Source of the DNA: Corallochytrium limacisporum Hawaii
Taxonomy: Eukaryota > Protista > Pluriformea
Length of the DNA: 64,000 nucleotides
Reading direction: 5' to 3'
NCBI GenBank assembly: GCA_002811645.1
Contig: PDIP01000002.1
Location: forward strand, 184,062 to 248,061
The position numbers and the translations under genes were made by a program. The notes under the pieces are model-generated. The model made no database searches and was not told where the DNA came from. It was given only the letters and a program-made list of their open reading frames with translations. Every line of letters starts with the position of its first letter. Position 1 is the first letter of the stretch. Shown in pieces: positions 24,701 to 35,100 of this stretch.

Positions 24701-26300
24701 GTTCCTGTTGCAGAAACTGGACACGATTGTGGCGGATTTGACGGACACTTCAATTGCCACTCAAGCCAGTGCTAAACGCGACCGTCTGGCCCTGATATGC
24801 GAATTGATTCCCTCGTTCGGACCACAGCACTTCAGTCTCTTACCCGACCTGTTACCGGAGGTGATCCTTGCCACCAAGGAGGTTAGCGAGCGCACCCGAC
24901 ATGCTGCATTTGACGTCTTGATCACATTTGGTGGACAATTTGAAGCCTACCGGGGAGTGACCTTCAAGCTTGTCGTTCCTGGCGACGATGAGAGCGGCGA
25001 ACCGTCCGCAAGTGAAGAGCGAGAGGCCAGTCTACAAGAGTATGTGACCATGGTCGCCGCCGGTGCCGCCGGCGAGTCCACGCAAATGGTTGCCGGCACA
25101 CTCCTTGCCCTAAGTCGGTTGGTTTATGAATTTAAACCCAGTCTGCCGGTAGATTTCATCCAGAGCCTGCTCGGTGGCATCTTACCCTTCCTACTCAGTC
25201 GCACGAAGGAAGTCGTCAAGGGGGCCCTTACGTTTGTGAAAGTTGCCATCGGTGCCTTGGACGTCGGTCTGCTGCAACCGTACCTGCAAGAGATGATCAA
25301 GGGCATGACTGAATGGACGCAGGAGGCAAACAGTGCCTTCATGCGCCCTCGTCGTCACATTCTAGAGCGTCTGGCGCGCAAGTATGGCAATGACTACATC
25401 GCCTCTCTCATGCCTGAAGAGCACAAGAAGCTTATCCGCTACATCGAAAAGGAGCAGATCAAGTCGCGTCGCAAGAAGATTGAGGCACGGCAGAGGTATG
25501 AGGAGGCGCAGGCTCAACAGTCCGGTACAGTCCCTGCCAATCTCAGGAAAAATCAACACGCCAAGTACGAGTATGAGCTCGGGGACAGTGACGATGAGGG
25601 CCACGAACATCAGGGACCTGGTGGGTCCGCTGCTGTGCGCCAAGCCAGGAGCAATCAAAAGGCGTACATTCGCGACGCAGTCGACAATGACGAGGATGTG
25701 GCTGATGATGACGAGGTCATGGACTTTCTCGACCGAAATGCTGTATCCAAGGTGTTCAGCTCGAAGCCCCGCCGCAATGTTCGGAGCCATGCCGCAGATG
25801 AGGACGAATTTGGTCATGACGACTTTGGTCGCATGAAAATCGACGATCCTGAGGCTGCAGGAAAGGACGATGCTGACAATGATTCCCTTGTGGCTGACTC
25901 GGACGATGAATTCGGACCAATGCTGCGCAAGAAGAGCTCTCGGAAGCGTGCCATGGAGCTTGACGGTGCCGATTTGGATGATGACGACGACGATGGGGAG
26001 GCTATGGGTCGCGGTGGCGGTGTTGGTGGCCAGCAGGCGGAAAAGCGCCGCGCTGCAGGCGGTGACCAGCGCAGGAGAGGGGAGAAGCATGACCCTTATG
26101 CCTATGTACCACTCAGTTCGAGCATGCTCAACCGTCGAATCAAGAAGAAGGGAGGAGCAGGTGCTGGTCTGCGTCAGGCAGTTAAGGGCCAGAACCACAA
26201 TCTCACGCGCACGGCGAAGAAGGCCAAGGCACGTCATGCAGCGCTAAAGCAGGAAGAACAGCGTCAGCGCAAGATGGCAATGAAGCACAAGCGCCGTTAG
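21786..26300 (+). CDS. RRP12: RRP12-like ribosome biogenesis HEAT-repeat protein (NUC173)
   Basis: 1504 aa; N-terminal SSSNPRTRKHRDKAR, ETPTAYFASFMTVLE, DRPKIRKAA, WALFPGFC, KNFLPILFN, QKKSYRIL, LPEVILATKEVSERTR; C-terminal DPYAYVPL. Confidence 0.93.
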   Translation: MGRPTRSRGKGAKIAKGQSSSSNPRTRKHRDKARAAFMVSHGMTPDIPQQNTQQAAHRSGKLLTTEALAIHNIVQNSAAKGPETRAAMMADIQRSERRDRRHGNDGMDTDGDVSQAQTAISAWSDALSESPLADAFESVLEKANSPLPVHQEAVAVLSAVQDVIKTKEGAETPTAYFASFMTVLETQLTAQAEIVKAESVGKDGGSNVNATVTDASGKEGILVWPADEEAMVGSNTKENSGGHGMPEATGKGVDALAATMHLLTLVVPRLPASLARSKLQTAAAVFLMAYEGYGLESQAIGRSCVTIVGRLLEHQSMVQWEQPNTQKLYTWILDQTASDRPKIRKAANNAVHRLVTLAHQKMVTTGDKNPSRHPVIRITGASALESLKTASRADLQKTLYMLGMLKDVLALLGPKNVKAIVEGLLWLMTLGNSSATIQTLQVLEEVFKEATADDLMAQAFRTSADANDGHGNDDDEDVGDHIDEKDEERGVMPDSAAAQPLVKDKQLMAQVVLAIVAHRPNLSDALALAQWLLTVVHGMVVLSKADERKCLDVMPKVVASITECFLSEKRSVAKVTGSALKTILEECVAGRDQAIAEAAQAFESNEKTRVGQVIDRITGCLQYKFNASWSVILQVHAVLFTVLGPHTVPLASNSLKAIVDFRNDEDFQHKKEIEGALQSAMRALGPEQFFATIPAGIPSDSPEKSNYWLLSIVHGHIKHAELRYFIDDLMPAAMRCKADESVRRQKKELIAAKALFDIYALVWALFPGFCNVAVDVPGQFQRIAKRLGVMLQQDASVRKDICFGLAALINTHSDIANGDVVDDTVDAKSAQDSLDAIRPFCKNFLPILFNLCIASAPEDRNHLLVAVRALVSIANEQILLNIFKTVMNKLLTATERRASETNPAARKALSIELHGLADLIQCFIPRLPGTAVELLYRAVLPFFKDNSDGIMQKKSYRILQTVAKRLHPDHAPFLLQKLDTIVADLTDTSIATQASAKRDRLALICELIPSFGPQHFSLLPDLLPEVILATKEVSERTRHAAFDVLITFGGQFEAYRGVTFKLVVPGDDESGEPSASEEREASLQEYVTMVAAGAAGESTQMVAGTLLALSRLVYEFKPSLPVDFIQSLLGGILPFLLSRTKEVVKGALTFVKVAIGALDVGLLQPYLQEMIKGMTEWTQEANSAFMRPRRHILERLARKYGNDYIASLMPEEHKKLIRYIEKEQIKSRRKKIEARQRYEEAQAQQSGTVPANLRKNQHAKYEYELGDSDDEGHEHQGPGGSAAVRQARSNQKAYIRDAVDNDEDVADDDEVMDFLDRNAVSKVFSSKPRRNVRSHAADEDEFGHDDFGRMKIDDPEAAGKDDADNDSLVADSDDEFGPMLRKKSSRKRAMELDGADLDDDDDDGEAMGRGGGVGGQQAEKRRAAGGDQRRRGEKHDPYAYVPLSSSMLNRRIKKKGGAGAGLRQAVKGQNHNLTRTAKKAKARHAALKQEEQRQRKMAMKHKRR

Positions 26301-26454
26301 CGAAGCAAACGTCATTGTCAGATTCTTTACTTCAGAATGTGTAAGCTTAGTAATCCAAAGTTATTAGTAAACGTATTGGTGAGATTCAAGCACCTAGTTC
26401 GTGTGGCTGTCTATTTCTTTAAGTTTGATATTTTTATCGTGAGTGAGCTGGTCT

Positions 26455-26934
26455 TCACTCAACCTTTGCATCGTCGGAAGTTACCACAGGGGCATCACCA
26501 GCCTCTTTGGCACCGTTTGTAGTTTCTTCCTGATGCTCACCGATTGTCAGGTCCTGATCTTGTTCTTCCTTCACCTTGTCCGCCAGATACTTTTGCTTCC
26601 GCGCACTGAATTGCCAGGCATTGTACTGTTGCTCCGCTATATATTCGGCCACGTCCACCTTGGCGATCTCTGTTCTGAACTTAGGGTCCTGCAGCAGGTC
26701 GAGGAAGTACAAACACTGCGGATAGGTAATGATGGTGACATATGGCCGCTGTTTCCAGTATTGTAGGTACTTAAGGTAGTTCACAAAGCCAGGCTTCTCA
26801 AACCACTTCCGCTGCGCCAGGAAGTTGATGTATCGCGGGTTGGCCAGCAATTGCACAAATTCCAATTCTTGCTGCAGACGGTTATCAATTTGCTCAGGAT
26901 CCAGCTTTGCGCGCTTTGCTGCTGGTTCGGTCAT
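26455..26934 (-). CDS. MED31: Mediator subunit 31 (SOH1)
   Basis: 159 aa; ELEFVQLLANPRYINFLAQR..FVNYLKYLQYWKQRPY..ITYPQCLYFLDLLQ. Confidence 0.96.
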   Translation of the reverse strand: MTEPAAKRAKLDPEQIDNRLQQELEFVQLLANPRYINFLAQRKWFEKPGFVNYLKYLQYWKQRPYVTIITYPQCLYFLDLLQDPKFRTEIAKVDVAEYIAEQQYNAWQFSARKQKYLADKVKEEQDQDLTIGEHQEETTNGAKEAGDAPVVTSDDAKVE

Positions 26935-27341
26935 GATTTTCGTTGTTCGTGTTTGGTCTATCTTTGTAGTCCGCGCGAATACATTGTGTCGGTCCTACGA
27001 CTCACAGCTTCCAAACTCTAACACCTAATTCCTTGCTACTCCATTCACTGCTTATGTCATTGTCTCGTTGAGTGGAAAATATTCTGATGCCTTCCATTAT
27101 ATACCAACGCGTCGAGCACCCGGGCTCTTCGCGCACCAGGATTTCAACGTTGTTGTTCACAGGGAAGCTCTTTGGCTCCGGTTACGAGGGACTGAGGAAA
27201 AGTCGCTCGCGCAAAATCCCACAAAGGGAATATGGAAAATAGACTCCCATTCCCAGGTAGCAAGCGGTCCACGGGCGGCGCGAAAATCGCGGCCTACCGG
27301 GCCCAGAGGAGGAGGTTGGGCCGTGTCGGGTGTGCTTGTAT

Positions 27342-27494
27342 GCCTCTGGACAAGGGCCGGCCAAAGCTGTGTTACACCGGCCAAAGCTGTGTTACACCAG
27401 CCAACCCAGGAGAGGGGGGGGGGAGGCGGGAGGGGGACAAAAGGGACCCAAAAAAAAAAGCCAAAACAGCCACCTTGGGTCCGACAGTTTCCCT
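27342..27494. promoter_or_regulatory. ApT-free island in the MED31/NTF2 divergent promoter
   Basis: 153 bp without ApT; G-runs and A-runs. Confidence 0.55.
27357..27404. repeat. 20-bp tandem duplication (CCGGCCAAAGCTGTGTTACA x2 plus a partial copy)
   Basis: Read directly: 27357-27376, 27377-27396, then CCAGCCAA. Confidence 0.9.
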
Positions 27495-27997
27495 ATCTCC
27501 GTGGCCGTGTGGCGTGGTTGCTGATAATATTCGGGCGGTTCCCATACTCTCTTCTGGCCGACTCTTGTTGATGATGAGTGAGAGGAGGGTGAGAGGAGTC
27601 CTGTCCTTCCCCACATTCGGACGTGTTTTGTAGTTTTCCGGGCGATCCATAGAAAATGTAGGGAGGTAATTTTACCCCAGGTGGTGGGTGCGCTAGTAAG
27701 CGCGATGCGGCCTTTGAGTGGCTTTGGTGGCGTGGAACAGGAGACCAGGACGTTCAACATTGTCTCTAAATCTGAAGAGTGTGGTGTCGTGGACAGGTAC
27801 TACAAGTCCCCATACATGTCATTAGTTGCCAATTCCGATAATATGCATTGTGTTGCAACATTACGCGGGTCGGTGTTCGCGCCAGTAAGGAGACTTCACG
27901 AACAGTCCGGAATATTCTGGGATATTTCGCCTTTGCCCACCACAGGTTAACCGATTTAATCAGATCTGTACAATTTGTAAACTTTCACAGTTTAATC

Positions 27998-28366
27998 ATG
28001 GACCCCAATACCATCGCAAAGGAGTTCACAGGCTTCTACTACCAGAAATTTGTGTCCACCCGCCAGGAGCTCGTGCCCCTTTACCAACCGGACAGCTGCA
28101 TGCAATGGGAAGGACAGCTCTTTCAGGGGCCGCAGGCCATCATGGACAAATTCGGATCGCTAAGCTTCCAGCAGGCTGCCTTTGCTCTGAGTTGTGTTGA
28201 TGCCCAGCCCACGGATTTTGGATTGCTTGTCACAGTACTAGGTCAGTTTATGGTTGATGATGGAGCATCCAAGCTGCCGTTTGTGCATGTCTTTCACCTG
28301 AAGAAGGCTGGTGACAACTTGTACATTTCTAACGAGGTCTTCCGCATGGCCTACTTCGACCACTAA
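27998..28366 (+). CDS. NTF2: Nuclear transport factor 2
   Basis: 122 aa from the ATG at 27998 (the longer ORF call uses a TTG start); IAKEFTGFYYQKF..RQELVPLY..WEGQLFQGPQAIMDK..VDAQPT..YISNEVFRM. Confidence 0.93.
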   Translation: MDPNTIAKEFTGFYYQKFVSTRQELVPLYQPDSCMQWEGQLFQGPQAIMDKFGSLSFQQAAFALSCVDAQPTDFGLLVTVLGQFMVDDGASKLPFVHVFHLKKAGDNLYISNEVFRMAYFDH

Positions 28367-28650
28367 ACAGATAGCCGTGTTTCTTCGGGAGCAGGAGTCA
28401 TGCGCCTCGAGAGGATTGAAATTTTGCTCACGACATTCTCAAATAGTCAGCCAATCAGTTGGTATATCACATTACAGTAGTTTCGTAAAATTCCAAGTAA
28501 ACACGATGAATATGTAGTGAAAGTCTAAATCTATGTAGTTTTTTAAGTTCCTATGTTTGCGATGATGGATGTATGTCAATGAGTCAATGAATGAATGAGT
28601 AGTGACGCTGTTACTACAGACGTCAAAACGTGGTTCTGTTTCCGCATCAA

Positions 28651-29328
28651 TCATGATGTCGATGCCGCAGGGCCGTTGTCACCAGTTGCTGTTGGTTGGT
28701 CAACAATTCCCAAGCGCTCCTTCATCATTTGTTGATACTGCAGCCTCCGCTCGCGTGCCTCACGGATCTCTTTCATGGGGTCGCGTTCCCATTTAGGATG
28801 ACTGAATGGGCAGTTAGGGCCCTCGGGGCAGAAACCGTTGATGTAGTTCTGGCAAGCAGCGCGCTTTTTGTGCCTATTCTTGCACAGATTGCCGTGCTTG
28901 CAGAATCCCTTATCGAACCACACGCAGTTCCTGATCTTGGACTCGGGATCAATGTGTCGAAACATGCACTCTTCGTTATTACACTCTCCAGTCTTGCTGT
29001 AGAACTGGCACTCTGGCATCTTGCTCATGTCATATTCATGTAAAAACTCGCACATGTCGCTCTTTTTGCAAAGACCACGCAGCCAGTGCTTGCAGACCGT
29101 CGTCTGTTTACCAGTGACGTGACGATACGGACACAATTCTTTCCGGCGGCATTCTCCTTTCCTATGCTTATGACAGATCTCAGCGGCACTCTTGTCCATT
29201 CCCGCGAATGTGACCATACTGTCACCAGTTTGATTGACAAGGGCGCGTTCAACGTCCATGACATCTTCTGCCAGTCCGCGGACATATTCCTGGAACTGCT
29301 GGGAAGCAGTGAGCCCGCGTTGTACCAT
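28651..29328 (-). CDS. CPSF4: Cleavage and polyadenylation specificity factor 4 (CPSF30/Yth1)
   Basis: 225 aa; five CCCH zinc fingers including VCKHWLRGLCKKSDMCEFLHEYDMSKMPECQFY; no C-terminal zinc knuckle. Confidence 0.96.
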   Translation of the reverse strand: MVQRGLTASQQFQEYVRGLAEDVMDVERALVNQTGDSMVTFAGMDKSAAEICHKHRKGECRRKELCPYRHVTGKQTTVCKHWLRGLCKKSDMCEFLHEYDMSKMPECQFYSKTGECNNEECMFRHIDPESKIRNCVWFDKGFCKHGNLCKNRHKKRAACQNYINGFCPEGPNCPFSHPKWERDPMKEIREARERRLQYQQMMKERLGIVDQPTATGDNGPAASTS

Positions 29329-29622
29329 TATGATATTAGTCCATAAAATGCAAGAAATGTTACGTCAGAGGGTCCATATGTTGCACAGGTGAACAGAGCT
29401 GATCCTTGAACTACGGAGGTCCTTACCTATGATCCGTTTCTTGTGTATATTCTGCGGGACACCTGTTCCAATATTTATTTCGTGTTAATGAACACGATTT
29501 CTCACTACTTTATGAGGCCGTCTGCTTTTAGATACCAGGCCTGCACATCCGCAGTTCTCCCTACCACCACAAAGGAAAGAGACCTAGAGTTTTTGACATG
29601 CCATCCTTTAAGAACCTTTCAT

Positions 29623-29923
29623 GCGGTCGTTCGGGAACTCTCAAGGCCCCCCCCCCCTCCCGTCCCCCTCTTCTCCCTTCACCTCCCCCCACCCCTCGCC
29701 GTTTTGACCCCTGCCCCCTCCACCGCGCTCTCCGGGAGCGAGGGGGGAGGAGACGGGAAATGAGCGCGGCCGGCTGTTGGACTGAGACCCTCCTCCCCTT
29801 CGGGGTGTCCCCCTCCCCCTAACACTCCGTTCTCCCCAGCGCGATCCGGACGGTCTTGTCTTTTTGACGGGAAAACAAAACTTGCGGTGGAGCAGCCCGG
29901 GGCACTAACAGGGCAGGAAAGAG
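29623..29923. promoter_or_regulatory. ApT-poor C/G-run island in the CPSF4/TRAPPC8 divergent promoter
   Basis: 137 bp with no ApT (29623-29759); only 2 ApT in ~300 bp. Confidence 0.55.
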
Positions 29924-30198
29924 ATAACGCACCGAAGGTTTTGATCGTGGAATGTCGTGTTTCAAGGTCATGATGTTGATGCTGCTGGCGGTCGGAGTGT
30001 ACCATGAGATATTAAATGCGCCATAGTCGATGACAATCGAGACAAACTAGTAGCTGTTGATGGAAAGCAGTCAGATTAGTTCGGCCCCAAAAAACAGCAT
30101 TTTGGTCATCCCTCAGAATATGTTGTTGGGCGATAGGGCTTAGCGATAAGAATGTAGATCACAACCCCTTCGACAGACACAGCACACAGTAGCGAACC

Positions 30199-33100
30199 AT
30201 GGCAGATAAGAAACTGCCGTCTGCCACCGGGTTTTGGTGGGACTATGTGGGCGATCCGCTCGCTCCGGGATCGGCGGCTGAGCTGATCAGAGACCACGTA
30301 AGCCCATGCGTTGCCGTGGTCAGCACAGAGGCCGCACAGCAGGCCATTGCAAAGAATGCCGTAGAAATAGATGAGTTGCTCAGACCATTCGGGTTAGTAC
30401 AAAAACAACTTAGCCACCGGGCGGAATCTGGGCAGATAATCAGTATCAAGCGGTTCCGACTGCGGTTCATGAACCTTGAGAATATCCGACGGCTAAACGC
30501 TGCACATTCACAGAAGATCGTGAACGAATGCGTAAAGGCATCATGCTCGACACTTGCATTCTCCTCACCTGCGATCGAAGTACCAGAACTGCCGAATTCT
30601 TTGGATGCCATCGAGGCCACGAAGGAAGCAGAGCTGCTAAAGGATGGATCACTGATGGGCAGGGACGGAAACCAGAACGAGCCTCCATCATTGGCCATGG
30701 CTCGAGAGTTAGTCAAGGAAAACATCAGCGCACAGATCGACCAGCTCAAACGGGCACATACTCACCCGTGGCTGCGAGTTTACAGAGAATGTTTCTGGCG
30801 ATTAACGAGAGGTCAGGGACACGAATCCCTTGACATCCCCGTTGCAGTGGTCGTTGTCTGCAGTAGTCGGGAGGATGACCCTGTTGGGGCGTGTCAACGA
30901 GCATTCAACAAATCGATGCTGGCACAGTATCTAGAAGGCATGGACCTTAACATGTTAGGCGATCCGGTGGTGAGCTACCTGTGCCTGACCGACATGGACG
31001 GCCAGACTGATGCCGGCTCAGCAGAGACGGTGGAACGACTAATGCGGGCATTCCCAAACAGTAACTGTCATAGCATGCAAATCAACACAAAGGGATTGTA
31101 TCCGGGAGATCCTGCGGACCCAAACTTTGTTCGGCGACTGATGCGCGAACGTTTCGGATACAAGCCCTACCGGCAGGTCATTGAAGAGCAGGCTACCGGC
31201 CAGTTCAGCTACGCGGGAGGTGGTAAGAGCAGTAAAGACGGCATAGCGCTGTCACGGTCACCGGACGATGGTAAGTCGGCGTACATGCCCCCCCTCAGTG
31301 GCGGCAAAGATCGCTCTGTCGGCGGGAGCGCGACTTCCCCGCTGGGTGCCGACGAGGCCGCAGGCGATGATACCAGTAGCATTAGTCAATCCACGAACTT
31401 GAGCAGCGCCGCCGGAGGTGAAGCTGACTGTGAGCGGGAGGTACGTTCCGTTGGGCAGCTCATCTCGCAGAAGGACCAGCAGAGCCTGCAACAGTTTGTG
31501 GATCAGCTGGCGGACATGGTTATTGTGCCCCATATGCAGAAGGTCGTCGAAGTGCTGGACGAGGAAGTTGCAAAGGAGCGCCGTGGTCTGGGCAAGTCCC
31601 TGCTGAGTAATGCACGGAAATGGTTCGCTGGCGGAACACATTCACCCCAAGAGCGTCGTTCGTCTGAACTGGAGCGTTCCGAGATTATGAGCGCATACTC
31701 TGTCGTTCGCAACAGCAACGTAACTTCCCTGGCGGCACCGGATCGCTCCATGTCATCCTTGGGTGCGCCGGGCATGTCGGACTCCATAGGCAGTACGGGC
31801 TCCTTCCAGAGTATCGGAGTGGATAAAAGCGGCGATTTGTCTATTGGAGGGAACCACATCTCAGCCAACGGACCCGCGAGTGTTCTGCGCAAGTTGGCAG
31901 ACTATGCATTCATGCTCCACGACTACGACCATGCCATCTCCGTGTACAATACTGTTCGCAAGGATTACCAATCGGAGAAGTCTTGGGTGCACTATGCGGG
32001 GGCACAGGAAATGATCGCATACGCTTACTTTCTCAATGCTGGCAGCAACGGTGAGATCCAAAAGGCGATTGAGGCCTGTATGTCCTCCCTGATGGAAAGA
32101 CGTCGGGAGTTTGCCCTGGTCACCCGAAGCATGCTGCTCTTTGCGGAGATGTACGTCGAGCGGCGCATGCACATGGAGGCCATTGGTGGCTTCTTGCGCA
32201 TTGCCAACGGGGAGGACAATCATTTGCGCAGTGCTTTACTTCTGGAGATGTCGGCATTGATCTTCTTGTCCCGGGAACCACCACAACTGCGCAAGTTCGT
32301 GTTCCACCTGGTCCTGGCGGGCTCACACTACGCAAAAGCATCACACAGCCGCCATGCTCTGCGGTGCTACCGTCAGGCCCTGGTCTTTTACCAACACCGG
32401 GACTGGGCCTATGCATCTGACCACATCAATGCTCGTGTCGCTCGTCAGAGCTACCATTTGGGTCACCTGCACAAGGCGCTCGAGTCCTTTGCTTCTTTGC
32501 TCTCAAGCGACATTAGTACGCAGGCATCCATGCACGTCAAGGACTTTATTAAGGTCTATCGCCAGGCACTGCAGAAGGACCAGCAGCAGGGGCAAGGCGC
32601 CATAGACGGCAGTGCTCCCGGTTCCGAACAGCAGGTGCAGGCCCTCCCCGTCCCACGGCGCCAGATCAGTACACTCAGCGTTGAATGCCATGACCTCTTC
32701 TACAGCGATCCGTTGCCGCCCGTGGAGAGCCTGGAAGAGCAGGATCGGGAGCGCAGGGCTTCTCTGGCGGTGGCCACCACTACAGTAATGTCCATGACTA
32801 CAAGCGGGACCGCCGGGGAAGTACCGTCACCGATTTCCATCAAAGACATGGAGCAAGAGTTGAGGAATGTCTGCTGTGCAAAGGACGGTACTCTGAGCAA
32901 CCCGATCGAGTCGTTTGCCCTCAACAGGAGGTCCCTGCTGGCGCGCCATGCCACCACGGAGGACAACGACGAGCGCACAGTGGTGGTATGCAATGAACCG
33001 CTGAAGATTACCATCGATCTCTACAACCATCTGCAGATTCCACTCGAATTGCACAATGTCAAACTCAAGGTATCACAATTGGATGATTTTGAGGCTGGGC

Positions 33101-35100
33101 CCTACGGTCAACTGGAAACCCCTGGCATCGAGACCTTAGAGATCCGCGAGGGCGTAACTCTGCGCCATGAGTTTCAAGTCATTCCACGCGAACCGAATAC
33201 CAGCTTCCGCATTGATGGTATTGACTACGTACTCGGCAACGTCCTGGAGGCTCACGCACCTTTCAAGCTCCGCGGACGGCGTCTCAACCAAACCGCGGAT
33301 CAGCGCAAACATCCGACCTACGCTGACGACCGACGACTGGAGGTGGAGGTCGTTGAGCCGATGCCACTGTTGGCTATGGACCTACCGCAGTACCCGGAAC
33401 GGCTGCTCGTGGGCGAAGAAAGGGAAGCAGAGCTCTCACTGCGCAATGAGGGCCCCACCGACGCGCGTGTTTTGGCATTGGCCTGCGATCACCCGGACGT
33501 CCTCGTTCTGACCACTGTACGCGCCAGTCTGAAGACTGAGCAGCGGCAACTGCTCGACCAGAAGTACCCACACTGTACCCCCCTGGACCTCACCATTCCG
33601 AAGGGACAAGTGCAGACGGTGAAACTGGCCCTTAAGGGACGGAGGGCGTGTGCTGCCATTGAGATTCTGATTGCTTACGCGGCGCCTCCTTCGGCCCCGG
33701 TGGGACCTGAAAGGCGCCGCAAACTACCCGTGCGCCTGCTCCGGCGCAGCGCAAAACTTGAACTGCGTCCGAGTATAAGTCTTGGCTTCAAGACCATGCC
33801 GAGTGCGCAGCGCATCGGTGGTATGACCGTTGTGGCGGACGTACACAGTGCAATTGACTGTGCGGTCACCGCCCTGGAGGTCATCAGCGGAGCGTGGGAG
33901 ATTGAGACATGCATCTCGAAGGCTATGGTCGCAGCTGGTGGCTGTCTCCTGTCGTTGAAGAAAGGCTCCGAGGAGGCACTGTTTGTAAAGATGCGGCGCA
34001 TCAGGAGGAGCAGTGTCAGCGACACTGGCGGTGACCACCCGCTCCAAGCCATGTTCATGGACGCGGATGGCACCGTACAGCGCCGACCAGCGGCCAAGAC
34101 CATGGACAGCAGCACTGATTCAACCGCTGTCCAGTTGCGTATGCGTTGGGAGGAGGTCGGCACGGGCCACCAGGGCTGGATCGAGGCCACATTACCATTG
34201 TCCGTCACCGAGCTCACGGCACTGCGCGCTGACATGCCTGACCCGCAGCTGCTGCTTGCCCAGCGCGCGAGTATGGCTGCGTCAGCTTTGCCGGATGCAA
34301 CCGCCCTCGGGTTGGGCTTGACCTCGAATAACTCGCTGGCAGTGGCTTCAGCGCAAGAGATTGCTGGCGCAGACGGCTTGGAACAGCATCAGCCGACCAT
34401 GGTCGCACTCGGCACGGGAGGCCGGCCCCTGTCTATTGTTCACGCGGTTATGGAGCCGTTTGGGCCAGTCATGCTTGACTCGGGCGGTGGTGTTGCCATT
34501 GCGCCCACATTGGTCACAGTGCGCAACATTGCCAAGCATCCGGCCCTGATCACGCTCCAGTTGCACGACGGACAACAACAACAGGTGCACCACACTAGCT
34601 CCGTTAGTGGGGCCGACGGCGGTTCATTGGCACCCATTGGTAGCGGCAGGAAGAGCCTCGGCTACGGATTTGACGCCATGACTCAGCGCAGCACAGGCCA
34701 GGCTCAGGCGACGCCTGCCAATGCGTCAGCTGGCCACCATCATGGGCCCCACCACACGCAACCATTCGCCTTTATCGGCCAGCTCGAACAGACCGTCGTG
34801 CTGCAACCAGGTGCATCCCACGTCTTCCGCGTCCGATTGCTCTTCACGCGCCCCGGCGTGTTCAATGTCAACCGGTACACTGTCAGTGCGCAACTGGTGC
34901 AAGACGGAGACCGCTACCTCTACTCCTTGCCGCCGATGTCAGCGAATTGTATCCTGCACCGGCCGCTGTACCAGTGCAATGTTAGAGTGGTGTCGGGGGG
35001 ATCGGAGCAGCCACCGCAGCAGCCACCTGAGGCAACGGTCAAGACTGCATCAGCAGAAACTCCGGATCCGTTTGTAAGCGCGGGCATGACCGCGGCTTGA
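30199..35100 (+). CDS. TRAPPC8: TRAPP III-specific subunit TRAPPC8/Trs85
   Basis: 1633 aa; LLRPFG, HESLDIPVAVVVVCSS, LRKLADYAFMLHDYDHAISVYNTVRKDY, LRSALLLE, RKFVFHLVLAG..HALRCYRQA, RGRRLNQT..PTYADDRRL. Confidence 0.9.
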   Translation: MADKKLPSATGFWWDYVGDPLAPGSAAELIRDHVSPCVAVVSTEAAQQAIAKNAVEIDELLRPFGLVQKQLSHRAESGQIISIKRFRLRFMNLENIRRLNAAHSQKIVNECVKASCSTLAFSSPAIEVPELPNSLDAIEATKEAELLKDGSLMGRDGNQNEPPSLAMARELVKENISAQIDQLKRAHTHPWLRVYRECFWRLTRGQGHESLDIPVAVVVVCSSREDDPVGACQRAFNKSMLAQYLEGMDLNMLGDPVVSYLCLTDMDGQTDAGSAETVERLMRAFPNSNCHSMQINTKGLYPGDPADPNFVRRLMRERFGYKPYRQVIEEQATGQFSYAGGGKSSKDGIALSRSPDDGKSAYMPPLSGGKDRSVGGSATSPLGADEAAGDDTSSISQSTNLSSAAGGEADCEREVRSVGQLISQKDQQSLQQFVDQLADMVIVPHMQKVVEVLDEEVAKERRGLGKSLLSNARKWFAGGTHSPQERRSSELERSEIMSAYSVVRNSNVTSLAAPDRSMSSLGAPGMSDSIGSTGSFQSIGVDKSGDLSIGGNHISANGPASVLRKLADYAFMLHDYDHAISVYNTVRKDYQSEKSWVHYAGAQEMIAYAYFLNAGSNGEIQKAIEACMSSLMERRREFALVTRSMLLFAEMYVERRMHMEAIGGFLRIANGEDNHLRSALLLEMSALIFLSREPPQLRKFVFHLVLAGSHYAKASHSRHALRCYRQALVFYQHRDWAYASDHINARVARQSYHLGHLHKALESFASLLSSDISTQASMHVKDFIKVYRQALQKDQQQGQGAIDGSAPGSEQQVQALPVPRRQISTLSVECHDLFYSDPLPPVESLEEQDRERRASLAVATTTVMSMTTSGTAGEVPSPISIKDMEQELRNVCCAKDGTLSNPIESFALNRRSLLARHATTEDNDERTVVVCNEPLKITIDLYNHLQIPLELHNVKLKVSQLDDFEAGPYGQLETPGIETLEIREGVTLRHEFQVIPREPNTSFRIDGIDYVLGNVLEAHAPFKLRGRRLNQTADQRKHPTYADDRRLEVEVVEPMPLLAMDLPQYPERLLVGEEREAELSLRNEGPTDARVLALACDHPDVLVLTTVRASLKTEQRQLLDQKYPHCTPLDLTIPKGQVQTVKLALKGRRACAAIEILIAYAAPPSAPVGPERRRKLPVRLLRRSAKLELRPSISLGFKTMPSAQRIGGMTVVADVHSAIDCAVTALEVISGAWEIETCISKAMVAAGGCLLSLKKGSEEALFVKMRRIRRSSVSDTGGDHPLQAMFMDADGTVQRRPAAKTMDSSTDSTAVQLRMRWEEVGTGHQGWIEATLPLSVTELTALRADMPDPQLLLAQRASMAASALPDATALGLGLTSNNSLAVASAQEIAGADGLEQHQPTMVALGTGGRPLSIVHAVMEPFGPVMLDSGGGVAIAPTLVTVRNIAKHPALITLQLHDGQQQQVHHTSSVSGADGGSLAPIGSGRKSLGYGFDAMTQRSTGQAQATPANASAGHHHGPHHTQPFAFIGQLEQTVVLQPGASHVFRVRLLFTRPGVFNVNRYTVSAQLVQDGDRYLYSLPPMSANCILHRPLYQCNVRVVSGGSEQPPQQPPEATVKTASAETPDPFVSAGMTAA

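Noticed and set aside
25362-26237. 291-aa hydrophobic minus-strand ORF
   Set aside because: Antisense to the acidic/basic tail of RRP12
27357-27404. Tandem repeat as a CRISPR-like array
   Set aside because: No spacers, only two units, eukaryotic context
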